From Marsupella aquatica (lineage: Eukaryota; Plantae; Marchantiophyta), in NCBI GenBank assembly GCA_973895155.1, contig OZ316891.1, positions 9,177,875 through 9,241,874 on the forward strand: a DNA stretch of 64,000 nt, given 5' to 3'. Of the stretch, positions 41,732-53,402 are shown one piece after another (within the stretch, counting starts at the first letter, position 1; each line of letters begins with the position of its first letter). The position numbers were made by a program, and so were the translations under genes. The notes below the pieces were generated by a model. That model saw only the letters and a list, made by a program, of their open reading frames with translations, had not been told where the DNA came from and did no database searches.

Positions 41732-44141
41732 CACGAGAAGAAGGATCCTGTGTGCAATCAACCAGGTTTTGCATTCCTTGATCAGAAAATCCCCCAATGA
41801 TTGCACTTATGGATAAGTGGCCCGTCCATCACTGAGCAGTCTTTACACAAATTACACAACCCTGCCCTACTTTGGTGTCCAGGTCCATAAATACATTTTA
41901 GTCTCCACTACTAAAAGGTGTGCACTTATCAGGGTATGCAATCTGATGGGATGGTGTGCTTATTAATGTGCCCACATTTCTTTGTAGAGTAAAAACTGCA
42001 CTTATTGAGGGCTTTGCTCTTATACAGCTGCCGTTTGGTGAAATGATTTGAGACCTGTTTGCGCTGAGAAAAGATGATTTGTTTTTTGCAAACTCAGTGT
42101 GAAATCAAAAGGAATGAACAGGATCATTGCAGTGTACCACTTTTTGCGCTTATGGAGCGTGCGCTTAGAGAGAGTAAACTCTTGTACAGTAGAGCTTGTT
42201 TTGGTCACGGAATACGCTGTAGAGAATACGGTTTCCTGGTAAGAACAGTCTGACGTGGGGATCGTACTCATCACGTGCGGGTAAAACGTTTCCCACTCTC
42301 TTTCTTTGTTTTTTCTCGAAAAGGGAGACCTCCTCGAAAAGGAAAGGTTTACTGCGATGACAGAACACGGGTTTCCCACTTTCGGCCTTGCTCTGAGCGG
42401 GCCAGGTCAAATTTAGGCAGAGTTCAACCCATGACTTCTTTTTCCCTTTTTTAGTTGTCTTCTTGAACGGTACAATTTTTATTCAGGGTGACTTGGAGTC
42501 TAGAGTCCAACTCAAAGCTTTTCCCCTTTTTTGGTTGGCTTTTTGAACGGTAAACTCTCATTCCAGGGCTGTCTTCTAGACTATACTTCTGGAATCACAC
42601 AAAATGCCTGCAAAAAAGAGAGTGTTTACTATATTCAAGCAAACTAGAGTGCCACTTCTTGTATAAAAGATAAGATTCCAAAACACTGCCAAAGAGCGAA
42701 AAGGTCTATACTGGGAGACAAGATCCCACAGGCAGGGAGGCTAATAAACGAGGGGAAAGTTGGAACAAAACCCAGGAAGACCAAAGGTCCAAAGAGCCAA
42801 AGTTGGTTCCTTCATGCTAACCAAAATTTGGGAACTTTTGGATTACATGAGGAAGTGATCCAAAATTCTAGACAAAACATGCACTTTGCATAAGCATCTA
42901 CGTGGGTCCACTGCTTGCCATGTAGGATCTATAGACACCACATTTGATAGGGCCCCAATTCTTGTATAGCCAACTGCAGCCATTTTCACACATATGATCC
43001 CGACATAATCTCATAGGAAGTAAAAAGAAGCAATTAGCTCTTCAATTTGCAGATAGGTAGACCCTAGGTTTGTGTGACTTTTGTTTTCCTTGTGCTGCCT
43101 GATCTTTTTGGCATCTTTTCTTGTTTCCCCTTCTTTGGGTTTTTGGCCTGTGGGATCATGTCTCCCGGTTCAGCGCCCCTGAAATATACAATTAGCCCCA
43201 ATGTCTTGTAAAGTCCTCAAAGGAAAATAAATGAGAGGTGGAATTCAATTCTTGCCTTGCCCAATAAAAACTGAGATTTATTATATTGAGGTACTTAGTC
43301 TATACAAACTGAAATTTACTCCTATTGCACCAAACACCTTAAATTTTCTGTTTCTTCATTTTTTTTAAAAGTTCTTTTGTCCGAATCTCATTGTACTCTG
43401 GAGTGTCAGTTCCACAAGACCAAATTATCTTTGCTCAACATGCTACAAGAGAATAGTGTACACTCATGAAACTATGTCAACCACTGCAAGTGGATTTGGA
43501 ATTTGGAATTTTTATTTTATTTCTTAAACAGGAAATCTATGAAACCCCATAGAAAGGGAACAGTCAGTCACAACATTTGAACTTTAAACCTATGAGTCTG
43601 TGCTCAAGTGAGTTACCACACAGCCATGTCTCTCTGGGCTTGGAATTTTGAATGAATTTCTGCATTGTTCCCATATTACAATTTTCAGGTTTCCTCCAAG
43701 TATACTTCATTGGGATGAACTGGGTGATTAAACAATCCTCAAATTTGACACAAGCCAAAGTGGAACACTATTCAACTTCAAGCCCCTTACCTGTAAGCTA
43801 GGGTTTGTTACCCTCTGGCTTACTTTCTCTTGTGTAATGCCTAGCCTTTGTTCTTTGTGTTTTATTCTCAAATACAAATTGTTTACCAGAGAAGAAGTGT
43901 AAAAATTTCCTTCCGAGAGCTATCATTGCTCTTCGAATGGGGGGTTAGGATGTCGCCATCCAAATCTCCACCTGCAGGAAATTGAGGAAGTGGATTTGTT
44001 TACCAGACACTACAAAACAGTTTAATGCAACAAAGGAGGAACAGGTCACAAGACTAAGAGAAATTTGCAACTTTCTCACACAATTGATGTGTGCGATCCT
44101 GAATAGATTGATGTCTCAAAATGATGTGTAGAGGAAGGGTG

Positions 44142-44473
44142 TGTCACACCATTTAGAGTGGTAGTAAAGTATATCGTACTATCTAGGTATAGAGGTTTTG
44201 TATGTGTGCTACATGATTACTATGTTTAGTTTGAGTTGGTGTGAGGGATAGTTATCCCCTTGTGTTGGCTCAAAGGCCTCATCTTTCAATGTTGAGCCTT
44301 TGAGCATGAGCTTGGTGGCTATGGTGTGGCTGACCAGGTTGTGTGCATGTAACGTGGATTCCTTGAAGCACAAGGTGCGTTGGGCTTGACATACATGTGT
44401 GATCGCATCGGATGGGATCGTTGTTGGATTAGCACCGATCGTTGTTCGATTTGCACTATTGAAGAAGATTACA
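44142..44473 (+). repeat. Repeat block A1 (3' part of the LTR, ending ATTACA)
   Basis: Matches 52936-53264 with 2 mismatches by eye, both CpG transitions. Confidence 0.92.
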
Positions 44474-44485
44474 TTGAAAGATGAG
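44471..44485 (+). promoter_or_regulatory. Putative self-priming primer-binding site
   Basis: ACATTGAAAGATGAG is the exact reverse complement of CTCATCTTTCAATGT at 44278-44292 inside the LTR. No TGG-starting tRNA PBS is present. Confidence 0.75.
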
Positions 44486-45130
44486 CTTCAAATTTTGATG
44501 TACGGATCGTGCAAACAGAAGTTCAATTTCGTTGAGGTTTTGTTGTTGACGATTCGTGGTATCTCGGATCGAGTTTTGTTGTTGAACGGATCGCTGGTAT
44601 CTCGATCTGTTACAAGTTGGTGTTGAGAAAGCTCGAGTGGATGCGGAGCTTTGAGTTGTTGAGTTGCGCGTTTGGAGTTGCGATTTGCATTGATCGACAT
44701 TGCAGCATTTTGGAGGACTGAATGTGCGGTCGATGATCAGAAGTTGCCGTCGATTGTTATGCGCGGATTGCTAAGAGTATTCGCTGCGGTTTTGTGAAGG
44801 CAAGTTGGTCGGACTTGTGATTGTTTGTGATTCTGGTTGGGGATGGTTCCAATCGGGTGTTGATAGTTAAAGTTGTATCTTGCGGATTTGAGATTCGTCA
44901 AGCTTAATGTTGACGGATAGTGCATTTCTTTGAAGAAAGCGACGTTGGATGTTGACGAATTGTGTCCCCTACGGCGACATAGCACACCGCGGAGAGGTGA
45001 CGGAGTGCACCGCGGAGAGGCGAGGTGCGGCGGCGACCTAGGGCACAAGGAAAACGACAAAGTGAGTGAACAATGACTTTGTCCGGGAATTGCGACGGGG
45101 TTTTCGCAGCAATAGGGTTGTGAAGGTCTT

Positions 45131-45494
45131 CCACGGAACACCGTTCCGTTGAGAGGGCATATTGGAGATTGGTTGACCACGGAACACCGTTCCATCGTGG
45201 TAGTTTTGGGAAGATTGGTCTTCCACGGAACACTATTCCGTCGTGAGTGCATATTGGAGAACGATCGGGTACAGATTACCATTTTATTGTGATAATTTTG
45301 GGAAGATTGGTTTTCCACGGAACACTGTTCCGCCAATTAGCTTGGCTATTGGTGATGGAGGGTTGCGGAACACTGTCCCGCAACTAAGCAATTGATGGAA
45401 CACCGTTCCGTCAATTGTCTTGGAGATTGGTGGTGGTGCATTACGGAACACCGTTCCGCGATTGAGTGATGAGTATCCACGGAGCACCGTTTCG
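45131..45494 (+). repeat. Array of 8 short palindromes cGGAAC-acc-GTTCCg in the retroelement leader
   Basis: Cores at 45135, 45181, 45227, 45319, 45367, 45397, 45445 and 45481. Confidence 0.88.
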
Positions 45495-45739
45495 CCAATC
45501 GGTTGATTATTGATAATGGTGAGTTGATGGTGACCATTTAGGGAAAATTGGTCATCACGGAGTCCTCTGGTGATACGGGGCAACCCGAGGGACGACGGTC
45601 TGGTTTCACTCAGAGTGGAGTGCAATTTCGGTCGACGACATTGTTAGTGGTTACAAGTGGGGTTTCAGATAGTGATTCTGACGAGGAGTTAGTAGCCAGT
45701 TCTCCTCAACATCAAGTGACTGTTCCATTGTTGTGGGAT

Positions 45740-46930
45740 ATGGAAGAGATGTATGGGGCTACAAAAGGACCGAGGAGATACTCTGGTGCAGTTGGCACGA
45801 TTGATTTGGATGATTTCATCCAAGAGTTTGATACGTGGTGTGATATGCAGACAATGCGTAATGCCACATTGTTCACACCTTTCATGGCTTGGAAAGGGTT
45901 GTTTCAGTATTTGGAGGGGCCACCCATGGATGACTACCATGAGTTTTGAAAGGCTCATTTAGTGGATATTGAGGCATGGAGACAACATTGGTCACCAAAC
46001 TATGTGTCCATCACTTATGGCACAAGTGCGGTTGCCCAACCCATTGCTACAGTTGCGGCTTCTTCTAGCAGCACTAGCCAGAGTGGCACTCCATCAGCAT
46101 CCACCGCTACTCCTACCGGTGTGATTGTGGCTGGGAGTGGAGTTGCGCCAACATTTAACCCTGTGATGAAGTTCTTTGAAGTATTGAAGCAGAACTACCA
46201 GGGTGTGAGAACCGATAAGTTGAAGCGTCTTCAGGAGTTCCAGCGCAAGACTGGAGAGAGCCTACGTGAGGCATACACTCGTATGCGAAGATTGATTACG
46301 GTCATACAAGGAGTGACAGAGGCCCAAGCGGTCCAATTTTGGTATGCAATTCTGGATAGGGAGTTGCATCGTAGAGTGAGAGATGCCACTCTATTGAGGG
46401 ATTCAGATCCCACATTGGCTATAGTTTTTGCACTTGCTGAGCGCATTGAGCTCAATATGGTGAATGAGAAGGTGGTGACTTCTGGATTTGCCAAGGAAGC
46501 ACCAAAGGTTGCATCGACGACCACACCGCAACCTACTGTACGTAAGAGCCAGAGAGAGAAGCCTACAACACGGGAATCTACTAGTCAGAGACCTGTGCCT
46601 TCTTATGCTGGACAACAATCAGGATGTTGGACTTGTGGTGGGGATCATGCACAAAGATATTGCCTAGATAATAGGGGGCAAGGAGGGGCATCTACACCTG
46701 ATCAACGACAGTGTGATCATTGTGGAGTTTCTGGACACACCAAAGATAGGTGTTTTGTACTTCATCCTGAACTACGACGGGGAGGACCACGTGCGTATGA
46801 TCAGGGAAGAGGAGGTAGAGGTGGTGGACGTGGTCGAGGCATGCCACATGCAGACAGGGAGGTGATGTTGCTCCTATCGTTACCACAGATCCTAAGGATG
46901 CAAAGATTGCTCAATTGGAGCAACAACTAG
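45740..46930 (+). pseudogene. gag: Gag with two zinc knuckles and an RGG-rich tail; one internal stop at 45947
   Basis: FQRKTGESLREAYTRM (MHR-like), CWTCGGDHAQRYC, CDHCGVSGHTKDRC, GRGGRGGGRGRG. Overlaps the pol frame at 46819-46930. Confidence 0.85.
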
Positions 46931-48351
46931 CTGCAATGGCTAGTTCTCAAGTTAGACCTACTGCTACTGATGGGGCTTCTACATCCTATGGAGCTTCAAC
47001 CTCTTATGGAGCTGATGGAGATCTTGCCACCATGGGATTTATGTGTGGCACTGCGCATGTTGATGCATCAGCAGCTTTGACTCGAGGAACAGTTAAAGTC
47101 CTTGAGCCACAAGGAGCAGTGGTAGAGTTGGATCCTCAGAGAGGTGATATTCATCGTCAAACGAAGCTTCCCCAATCATTTACATTGTTAGAGGCAGTTC
47201 AAACTACCTCTATGAATCCGGTTCGGACTAACCCAAGTGGGGGTAAGTTGGCGGATTCAAGTGATGTTGTGGCAGGGATGACAAGTACCCTGTTGGGGGC
47301 GGCCGCTACTATAGTGCGCACGCCATTATTTTCAGCTACGGATATGTTGACATTGGGAGTTAGTCCAGCAGAGGTGTTCAGATTGGCGGCCACATTATGT
47401 GAGGACACTCCAGCTGTTGCTTCACGTGCAGAAGCAACGCCCAATTCTGAAGCAGTGGAGTTGAATCCACCTATTGCCAGTAATGAAACATGGCATGCAG
47501 CAGCGGCAAGGTTGATAGATTTACCAGCGTGCCCTGCTTATGAGAGGACTAGGTTTAAACCTAGCATCATATCGTTGGATAATCGGAGTGGTATCTTCCG
47601 ATTAGTTGGGCCTTCTGGAGCAATATACGAGCCAGAGCGAGTGTTACTGGATACTGGTGCCCAGCCCTTGATGTTGGGTAAGTCTACGATAAGAGGATTG
47701 GGATTGCGTCCTGATGACTTGGAGGAGTGTCCCTTTCCCATTCAGACTTCATTGGGAGAACCTACACCCACACAACATATCACTCGACGAGCACTTGAAC
47801 TTAGGATTCAGGAGGATCATTCAAAGGATAACTCACGGATCCAGGCTCGAGCTATTTTGACTAAGGCTGAGTCATATGATGTCTTGGTGGGATGTACAGT
47901 TCTCTATCCTATGGGATTTGTTCTTGATTTTTGGAATGAATCGGTGTCGTATCGACCCGATTGGCAATCTGGAGATGCTCGATTGAGCCAATTGCCAGTG
48001 CGATTTAGTGGACTTGTTGGAGGCCCCAAATCTGCACCATTATCTTTGGCAGCATTCAATAGTTTGATTACTGGGGCTGATGATTTGATTGAGGGTAACG
48101 CACATGCAGTAGATGTCCCTACGGTGGAGGAGGCACATGAGGAACACTTCATGCATGGATTGCCCATTGATAGTGTTGTGACACCAGTATGGGGTACTGG
48201 ACAGGCCTTGCCACAAAGTGCAGCCCGATTGATACATGATGCATGGCATCATGCTTTTACACCGCAATCAAGAGCAGAGCAGTCAACTGCAAATGGACCG
48301 GTGACTCTTTCACCACTGGATACTACTCCTATTGCATGGCAATATCCACAT

Positions 48352-49290
48352 GAGGGTATTTGTTTGTTGGATTTATTTGGTGGAATTAGCACTGGATTGG
48401 CTGCCATTCTTCAAGCCGACATTCCTGTGCGCTGTTATTTGTATGTGGAGACTGATGAGACAACACGTAGAGTCTCATTACATCATGTGGCATTGTTGGT
48501 TGAACGTTACCCACAATTGTTGCTAGTGGATGTCGTTCATGGTTATCAACATGCATTGCCAGCTGATATTTCATTGGTGGGGGCGGATCATTTGGATCAC
48601 GTTGGCCCCATTGATTTGGTGATTGCGGGTTGGCCATGTCAGGGTCAATCTAGAGCTGGAGTTGGACATGGACTTCATGATCCAAGATCTGCATTGTTTT
48701 GGGACATGTTATGGGTGTTGCGTCATCTTCAGTTGCATCAGACACATTCCCCTACCTACATTTTGGAGAATGTGCCATTATTGGGTGATGATCGTCATCG
48801 ACTTGTTGCCAACGTTCATCAAGTTAAGTCTTGGATTGGACCTGCTGTGTTATTGGATGCTGCACGTGTGGGTTCTCGTGCACATCGTCCACGCTTGTGG
48901 TGGACTAATTTGTTGCCTTGTGAGGTGTTGAAGCGAGCATTTGATAGCATTCCTCGCTCAGCACCCTTGGTGGTGGATGATATTTTGGATCCAGGGCGTC
49001 GTGCACAAGGTGTGACCCAGCCTGACAGACCTCCATTGGCAGTGGTCAATGTAGTTGGTCGCCCACGTTGTGCATTACCCACTTTTGTGAGTTATTCTGC
49101 TTCATATGCATTCAGAGCAGGTGGGTCTGGACTTGTCTGGGATACAACTCTACAGCAGTTAGTGGAACTTACTACTGATGAAAGAGAGCGTGCTATGGGA
49201 TTTTTGACTGGCACCACTACGGTTGCCTCTATGTCAGAGAGTTCACGCCGCCAAGTCCTTGGTCAAGCCATGGATTTGAATTGCTTGACT
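48352..49290 (+). other. C5-cytosine DNA methyltransferase domain within Pol
   Basis: Motif I LDLFGGIS, II YVETD, III ADI, IV AGWPCQGQS (catalytic PC), V DPRSALF, VI ILENV, VII LDAA, VIII AHRPRLWW, IX ERERAMGF, X LGQAM, in canonical order with no stop inside. Confidence 0.92.
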
Positions 49291-52200
49291 TGGATTATCA
49301 GCTTGGGATTAGCTGAATAATTGCGGATGCACTCTTTTGGTGTTACTGATCGTCCGTTGGTGAGCTTGCGGTCTACTGAGACAGTAGCGACCACAGCTGG
49401 GGGCGAGCAGACAGCCCATGGACCTATGGCAGGATTGGCCAAGGCAGGACAGATTGTTGAGCAGGTTGGGACTGCTCAAATTGTTGCTAAATAGCAACCA
49501 CTAACTATCTCTTCAACCCCAAAGGAAGACATCATAGCTTTGATGGAGAGTTGGGAGCCACAAATTGGCCCTAAGTTGACAGGGGGTGAGAGACGTCGAA
49601 TGCATCAATTCTTGAAGAGTTATTGGAATTGTTTTGCATTTAGCATGAAGGATTTGGGAAAATTGAAGGGCCCTGGTATTCAGATTGAATTGGCTAGTGA
49701 TGCGCCAATCTTTCGACGACCATACCGATATAGTGATATGGAGAGGGCGTTGATTTGGAGTAGAACTCAAGATTTGTTGGAAGCTGGTTTGGTGAAGATT
49801 TCATACGGAGAGTATGCATCTGCCACAGTGATGCCAGCCAAGAAGGATGTACATGGCAATTACACGGATAGGCGAATGTGCGGTGATTGCCGGCCTATTA
49901 ATCGTCAGACAAAATCTGATCGATATGCCATGCCTACACCGGAGGAGATCTTTGATGCAGTGGGGCATGCAAGGATTTTTAGTTCGTTGGACCTCAGGGC
50001 GGGGTACCATCAGTTGCCAATTAGGCATTCTGACAGGTCCAAGACAACATTTTGGGGGATTGATTCTTATGGCAAAGATCGTTTGTATCAGTGGTTGTTC
50101 TTACCATTTGGGTTGAAGAATGCACCAGCTGAGTTCCAGAGAGTCATGGATCGAGTCCTTGCAGGTTTGGATTTTGTCAGATATTATATTGATGATATTT
50201 TGGTTTATTCTTCTACTGTGGAAGAACATCAGAGACATTTGCAGATTGTGTTTGAGAGATTGAGGGAACATGGATTGAAGCTCCATCCCGGCAAGTGTAA
50301 GTTCTTTCAAGAGAAGATTGAGTATTTGGGCCACACTATCTACCCAGGAGGATTGGGTGTGCAACAGACTAAGGTGGAGCGGGAGGTGGAGGCCATTACA
50401 TAGATTCCTCGTCCTACTGATGTGAGCAGAGTTCGTGCATTCTTGGGATTGGCGAGCTACTATAGGAGGTATGTTAAAGGATTTAGCCAGCTTGCTAAAC
50501 CTTTAACTATACTCACTAAGTTGGATCAGGAGTGGATTTGGGGAGACGACCAGGAGCATGCTTTCCAAGAATTGAAGGAAAGACTGGCGTCAACACCTAT
50601 TTTGAGAAGACCCATTTCAGGGCAACCATTTTAGCTTCACACTGATTGGAGTGGAGTAGGACTTGGAGCAGTGTTGACTCAGAAGGATGATGAGGGGAAT
50701 GAGTTTGTTGTGGCGTATGCCAGTAGATCCAACAATTCAGTAGAGGCTAAGTATAGCTCTTATGAGGGAGAGTGTTTGGCAGCAGTGTGGGCTGTGGCAC
50801 ATTTCCGTTGCTATTTGTTTGGTAATTTGTTCACCTTGATCACTGATCATCAACCTCTCAAGTGGTTAATGGAGTCTGATAAGCTTAGAGGGAAGCTTGC
50901 ACAATGGGCATTGTTGTTGCAGGAGTATGATTTTCAGGTTGTGCATAGACCTGGAAAAGTGAATTTGGATGCGGATGGGTTGAGCCGCAATCCATGTACC
51001 AGTCAAGAGGATGAGACTGGAGCCCGATGGCATGATGAGACGGATAAGGAGATGGTGCCAGGATGGCATGCGTCTGCTTTCCTTTGTTGGGTGCCAGTAT
51101 GTAGTGGATATGTAGACTCTACTTCATTGGATAGAGTAGATGATGAGTCTTCTGATATGGATGTTAGTGATGTAGTTTTTGGACAGCAAGATATTCACAA
51201 CAATGTGAGAGTGTTGGAATATTTGCGTGTTGGCTCCATTGGTGGCAATGTTGATGCTAAGGAGCGTGATAGGATTCTACAACGAGCCAAGAGATTTCGA
51301 TGTGAAGGAAACCATCTTTTGAGGATACTACGTGATGGGAAGGTGTTGGTTGTACCAAAACCGTCACAACGAGTACATTTGGTGCAACATGCGCACGAAG
51401 AGTTAGGGCACTTTGGTGTAAAGCGCACTTATAGCTTGCTGTAGACACAATATTGGTGGCGTGGTATGCACACTGATGTCCAACAATTGATAGCTAAGTG
51501 TGTGGTTTGTGATCAAGTGCGAGCATTGTTCAATGCTCCCACTCCCTAGTTGCATCCGCTACCGATCATGGGTTTGGGATATCGATAGAGTTTGGATTTT
51601 GCTGGTCCATTGCCTCTTACCCAACGTCACAATCGGTATGTTTTGGTTATGGTGGAGCACTTCTCCAAGTGGATTGAACTAGTGGCATTGCCAGATAAAG
51701 CTAGTGGAGGAGTGGCTACCACATTTTTGGATCAAGTACTCAGTCACTTTGGAGCACCAGCTGAGGTGTTGACTGACCAGGGCACGGAATTCCGTGGAGA
51801 TTTTGAGAGTTTGTGTGCGCAAGCTCTGATTGATCATCGTACTACTTCTCACGATCATCCTGAGGCAGATGGATTGGCTGAGAGAGTTGTACAAACTGTG
51901 AAGAGAGGATTGCGTAAGTATGGCTTGCAGGTTGGTCATTTGGGAGACTAGGATCTCCAACTACCTTGGTTAGCTATGGGCTACCGTTTCAGTCGACAAG
52001 CATCACTTGCATCCTTTTCACCTTATTTCTTACTCTATGGTAGAGAACCAGATTTGCCAGCGGCTATTCGTCGTGATGTTGCAACTATTGTGGATTTGGA
52101 TGATCCAGATGTTTGGGTCAAGGTTTGTTCAGACAGGGCACGAGTTTTTGAGAGAGTCATGCCCATGGCCTTTGACAACCTTGCTATTGCCCAACATCGT

Positions 52201-52491
52201 GATACTTTGCGGTATGCTACTATTCGTGGAGGAGGTTATCGCACGAGGATTAGAAGATTTCATCCTGGCGATTATGTTTATTTGCAGCAGACAGCACCAA
52301 CAACGCTTGATGTGACCGCAGGGCGGACAATCTTATGTGTGTGTGAAGTGTTGCCTTCTGGAGTCCTTATATTGGAAGGACGTGATGGTATGGTTTGGAA
52401 GGATCATGTGCGTAACTGTGCGCCATGTCATCTTCCAAACATTGATGGTACTGTGGATCCAAGCTTGGCACATGTTCGTGCTGGCTTGAAG

Positions 52492-52626
52492 TGTATGTTG
52501 TGTGGGTCTGCTCAGGGAGCAGCTACTATGTTGATTTGTGATCGGTGTTCTAGAGGATGGCACATGTCGTGTTTGACACCACCCTTGCACATGATTCCTA
52601 GTGGATCATGGTTGTGTCCTCAATGT
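52492..52626 (+). other. PHD finger (C4HC3) at the integrase C-terminus
   Basis: CMLC..MLICDRCSRGWHMSCLTPPL..IPSGSWLCPQC. Confidence 0.92.
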
Positions 52627-52796
52627 CGGTGATGCCGACTAGTTATCATTTGTGTTCTCGTGGAAGATATAGATTGCAGATAGGTGATCGATGGGGCTCA
52701 TTTGCACCCGGCCTCCTGATCTTCACACCTAAAAAGGTGTATATCAACCTTGTAGAACTCATGGCTAGCTAGAGTTAGGGGACCTCACTTCCAGCT

Positions 52797-52806
52797 AGGG
52801 GGGCGA
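52797..52806 (+). promoter_or_regulatory. Polypurine tract
   Basis: AGGGGGGCGA lies one base before the TGT that starts block B1. Confidence 0.7.
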
Positions 52807-52807
52807 T

Positions 52808-53402
52808 TGTGGGTTTTGGGCATGTATGGACATGGGTTCCATTTGTAGATCATTCTCTTAGGTTTGTGTCGTTAGATTGTGACTATGCTTGGATATGTGG
52901 GACAAGCGATGTATGTTGTGTATGCGCACGACAGTTGTCACACCATTTAGAGTGGTAGTAAAGTATATCGTACTATCTAGGTATAGAGGTTTTGTATGTG
53001 TGCTACATGATTACTATGTTTAGTTTGAGTTGGTGTGAGGGATAGTTATCCCCTTGTGTTGGCTCAAAGGCCTCATCTTTCAATGTTGAGCCTTTGAGCA
53101 TGAGCTTGGTGGCTATGGTGTGGCTGACCAGGTTGTGTGCATGTAACGTGGATTCCTTGAAGCACAAGGTGCGTTGGGCTTGACATACATGTGTGATCGC
53201 ATCGGATGGGATCGTTGTTGGATTAGCACCGATTGTTGTTCAATTTGCACTATTGAAGAAGATTATTGTGGGTTTTGGGCATGTATGGACATGGGTTCCA
53301 TTTGTAGATCATTCTCTTAGGTTTGTGTCGTTAGATTGTGACTATGCTTGGATATGTGTGACAAGCGATGTATGTTGTGTAGCGATGTGTATGCGCACGA
53401 CA
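52808..53402 (+). repeat. Right-end repeats: B1 (52808-52933), GT, A2 (52936-53264), AT, B2 (53267-53402)
   Basis: B1 and B2 differ by one substitution and a 10-bp indel (agcgatgtgt). A2 matches A1. Confidence 0.92.

Larger units (their letters stand above)
46819..52632 (+). pseudogene. pol: Pol polyprotein in one frame with 8 internal stops: protease, DNMT, RT, RNase H, integrase, PHD
   Basis: LLDTGA (~47644); LDLRAGYHQ, LPFGLKNAP and YIDD (~50185); HTDWS and TDHQPL; HEELGH..CVVC; LDFAGP, TDQG, AERV. ORF starts 46915, 49540, 50422, 50671, 51592 and 51976 all share one frame. Confidence 0.92.
44142..53402 (+). mobile_element. Ty3/Gypsy-type LTR retrotransposon carrying a C5-DNA methyltransferase and a PHD finger; permuted repeats A-internal-B-A-B; 4-bp TSD GGTG
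   Basis: Domain order Gag-PR-DNMT-RT-RH-IN-PHD. Termini TGTC...GACA. GGTG at 44138-44141 and 53403-53406. Confidence 0.93.

Noticed and set aside
45131-45494. CRISPR-like look of the palindrome array
   Set aside because: Repeats are only ~15 bp, spacers are related to each other and uneven, there are no cas genes, and the context is a eukaryotic retroelement leader.
48352-49290. Bacterial contamination or a restriction-modification gene
   Set aside because: The domain is in frame within Pol and lies inside an element flanked by plant genes with introns.
44142-53402. Classification as a DIRS/PAT/Ngaro element because of split repeats and a methyltransferase
   Set aside because: It has an aspartic protease and an HHCC/DDE integrase, no recognisable tyrosine recombinase, and the MTase is C5-cytosine type rather than the Dam-like adenine MTase of DIRS.
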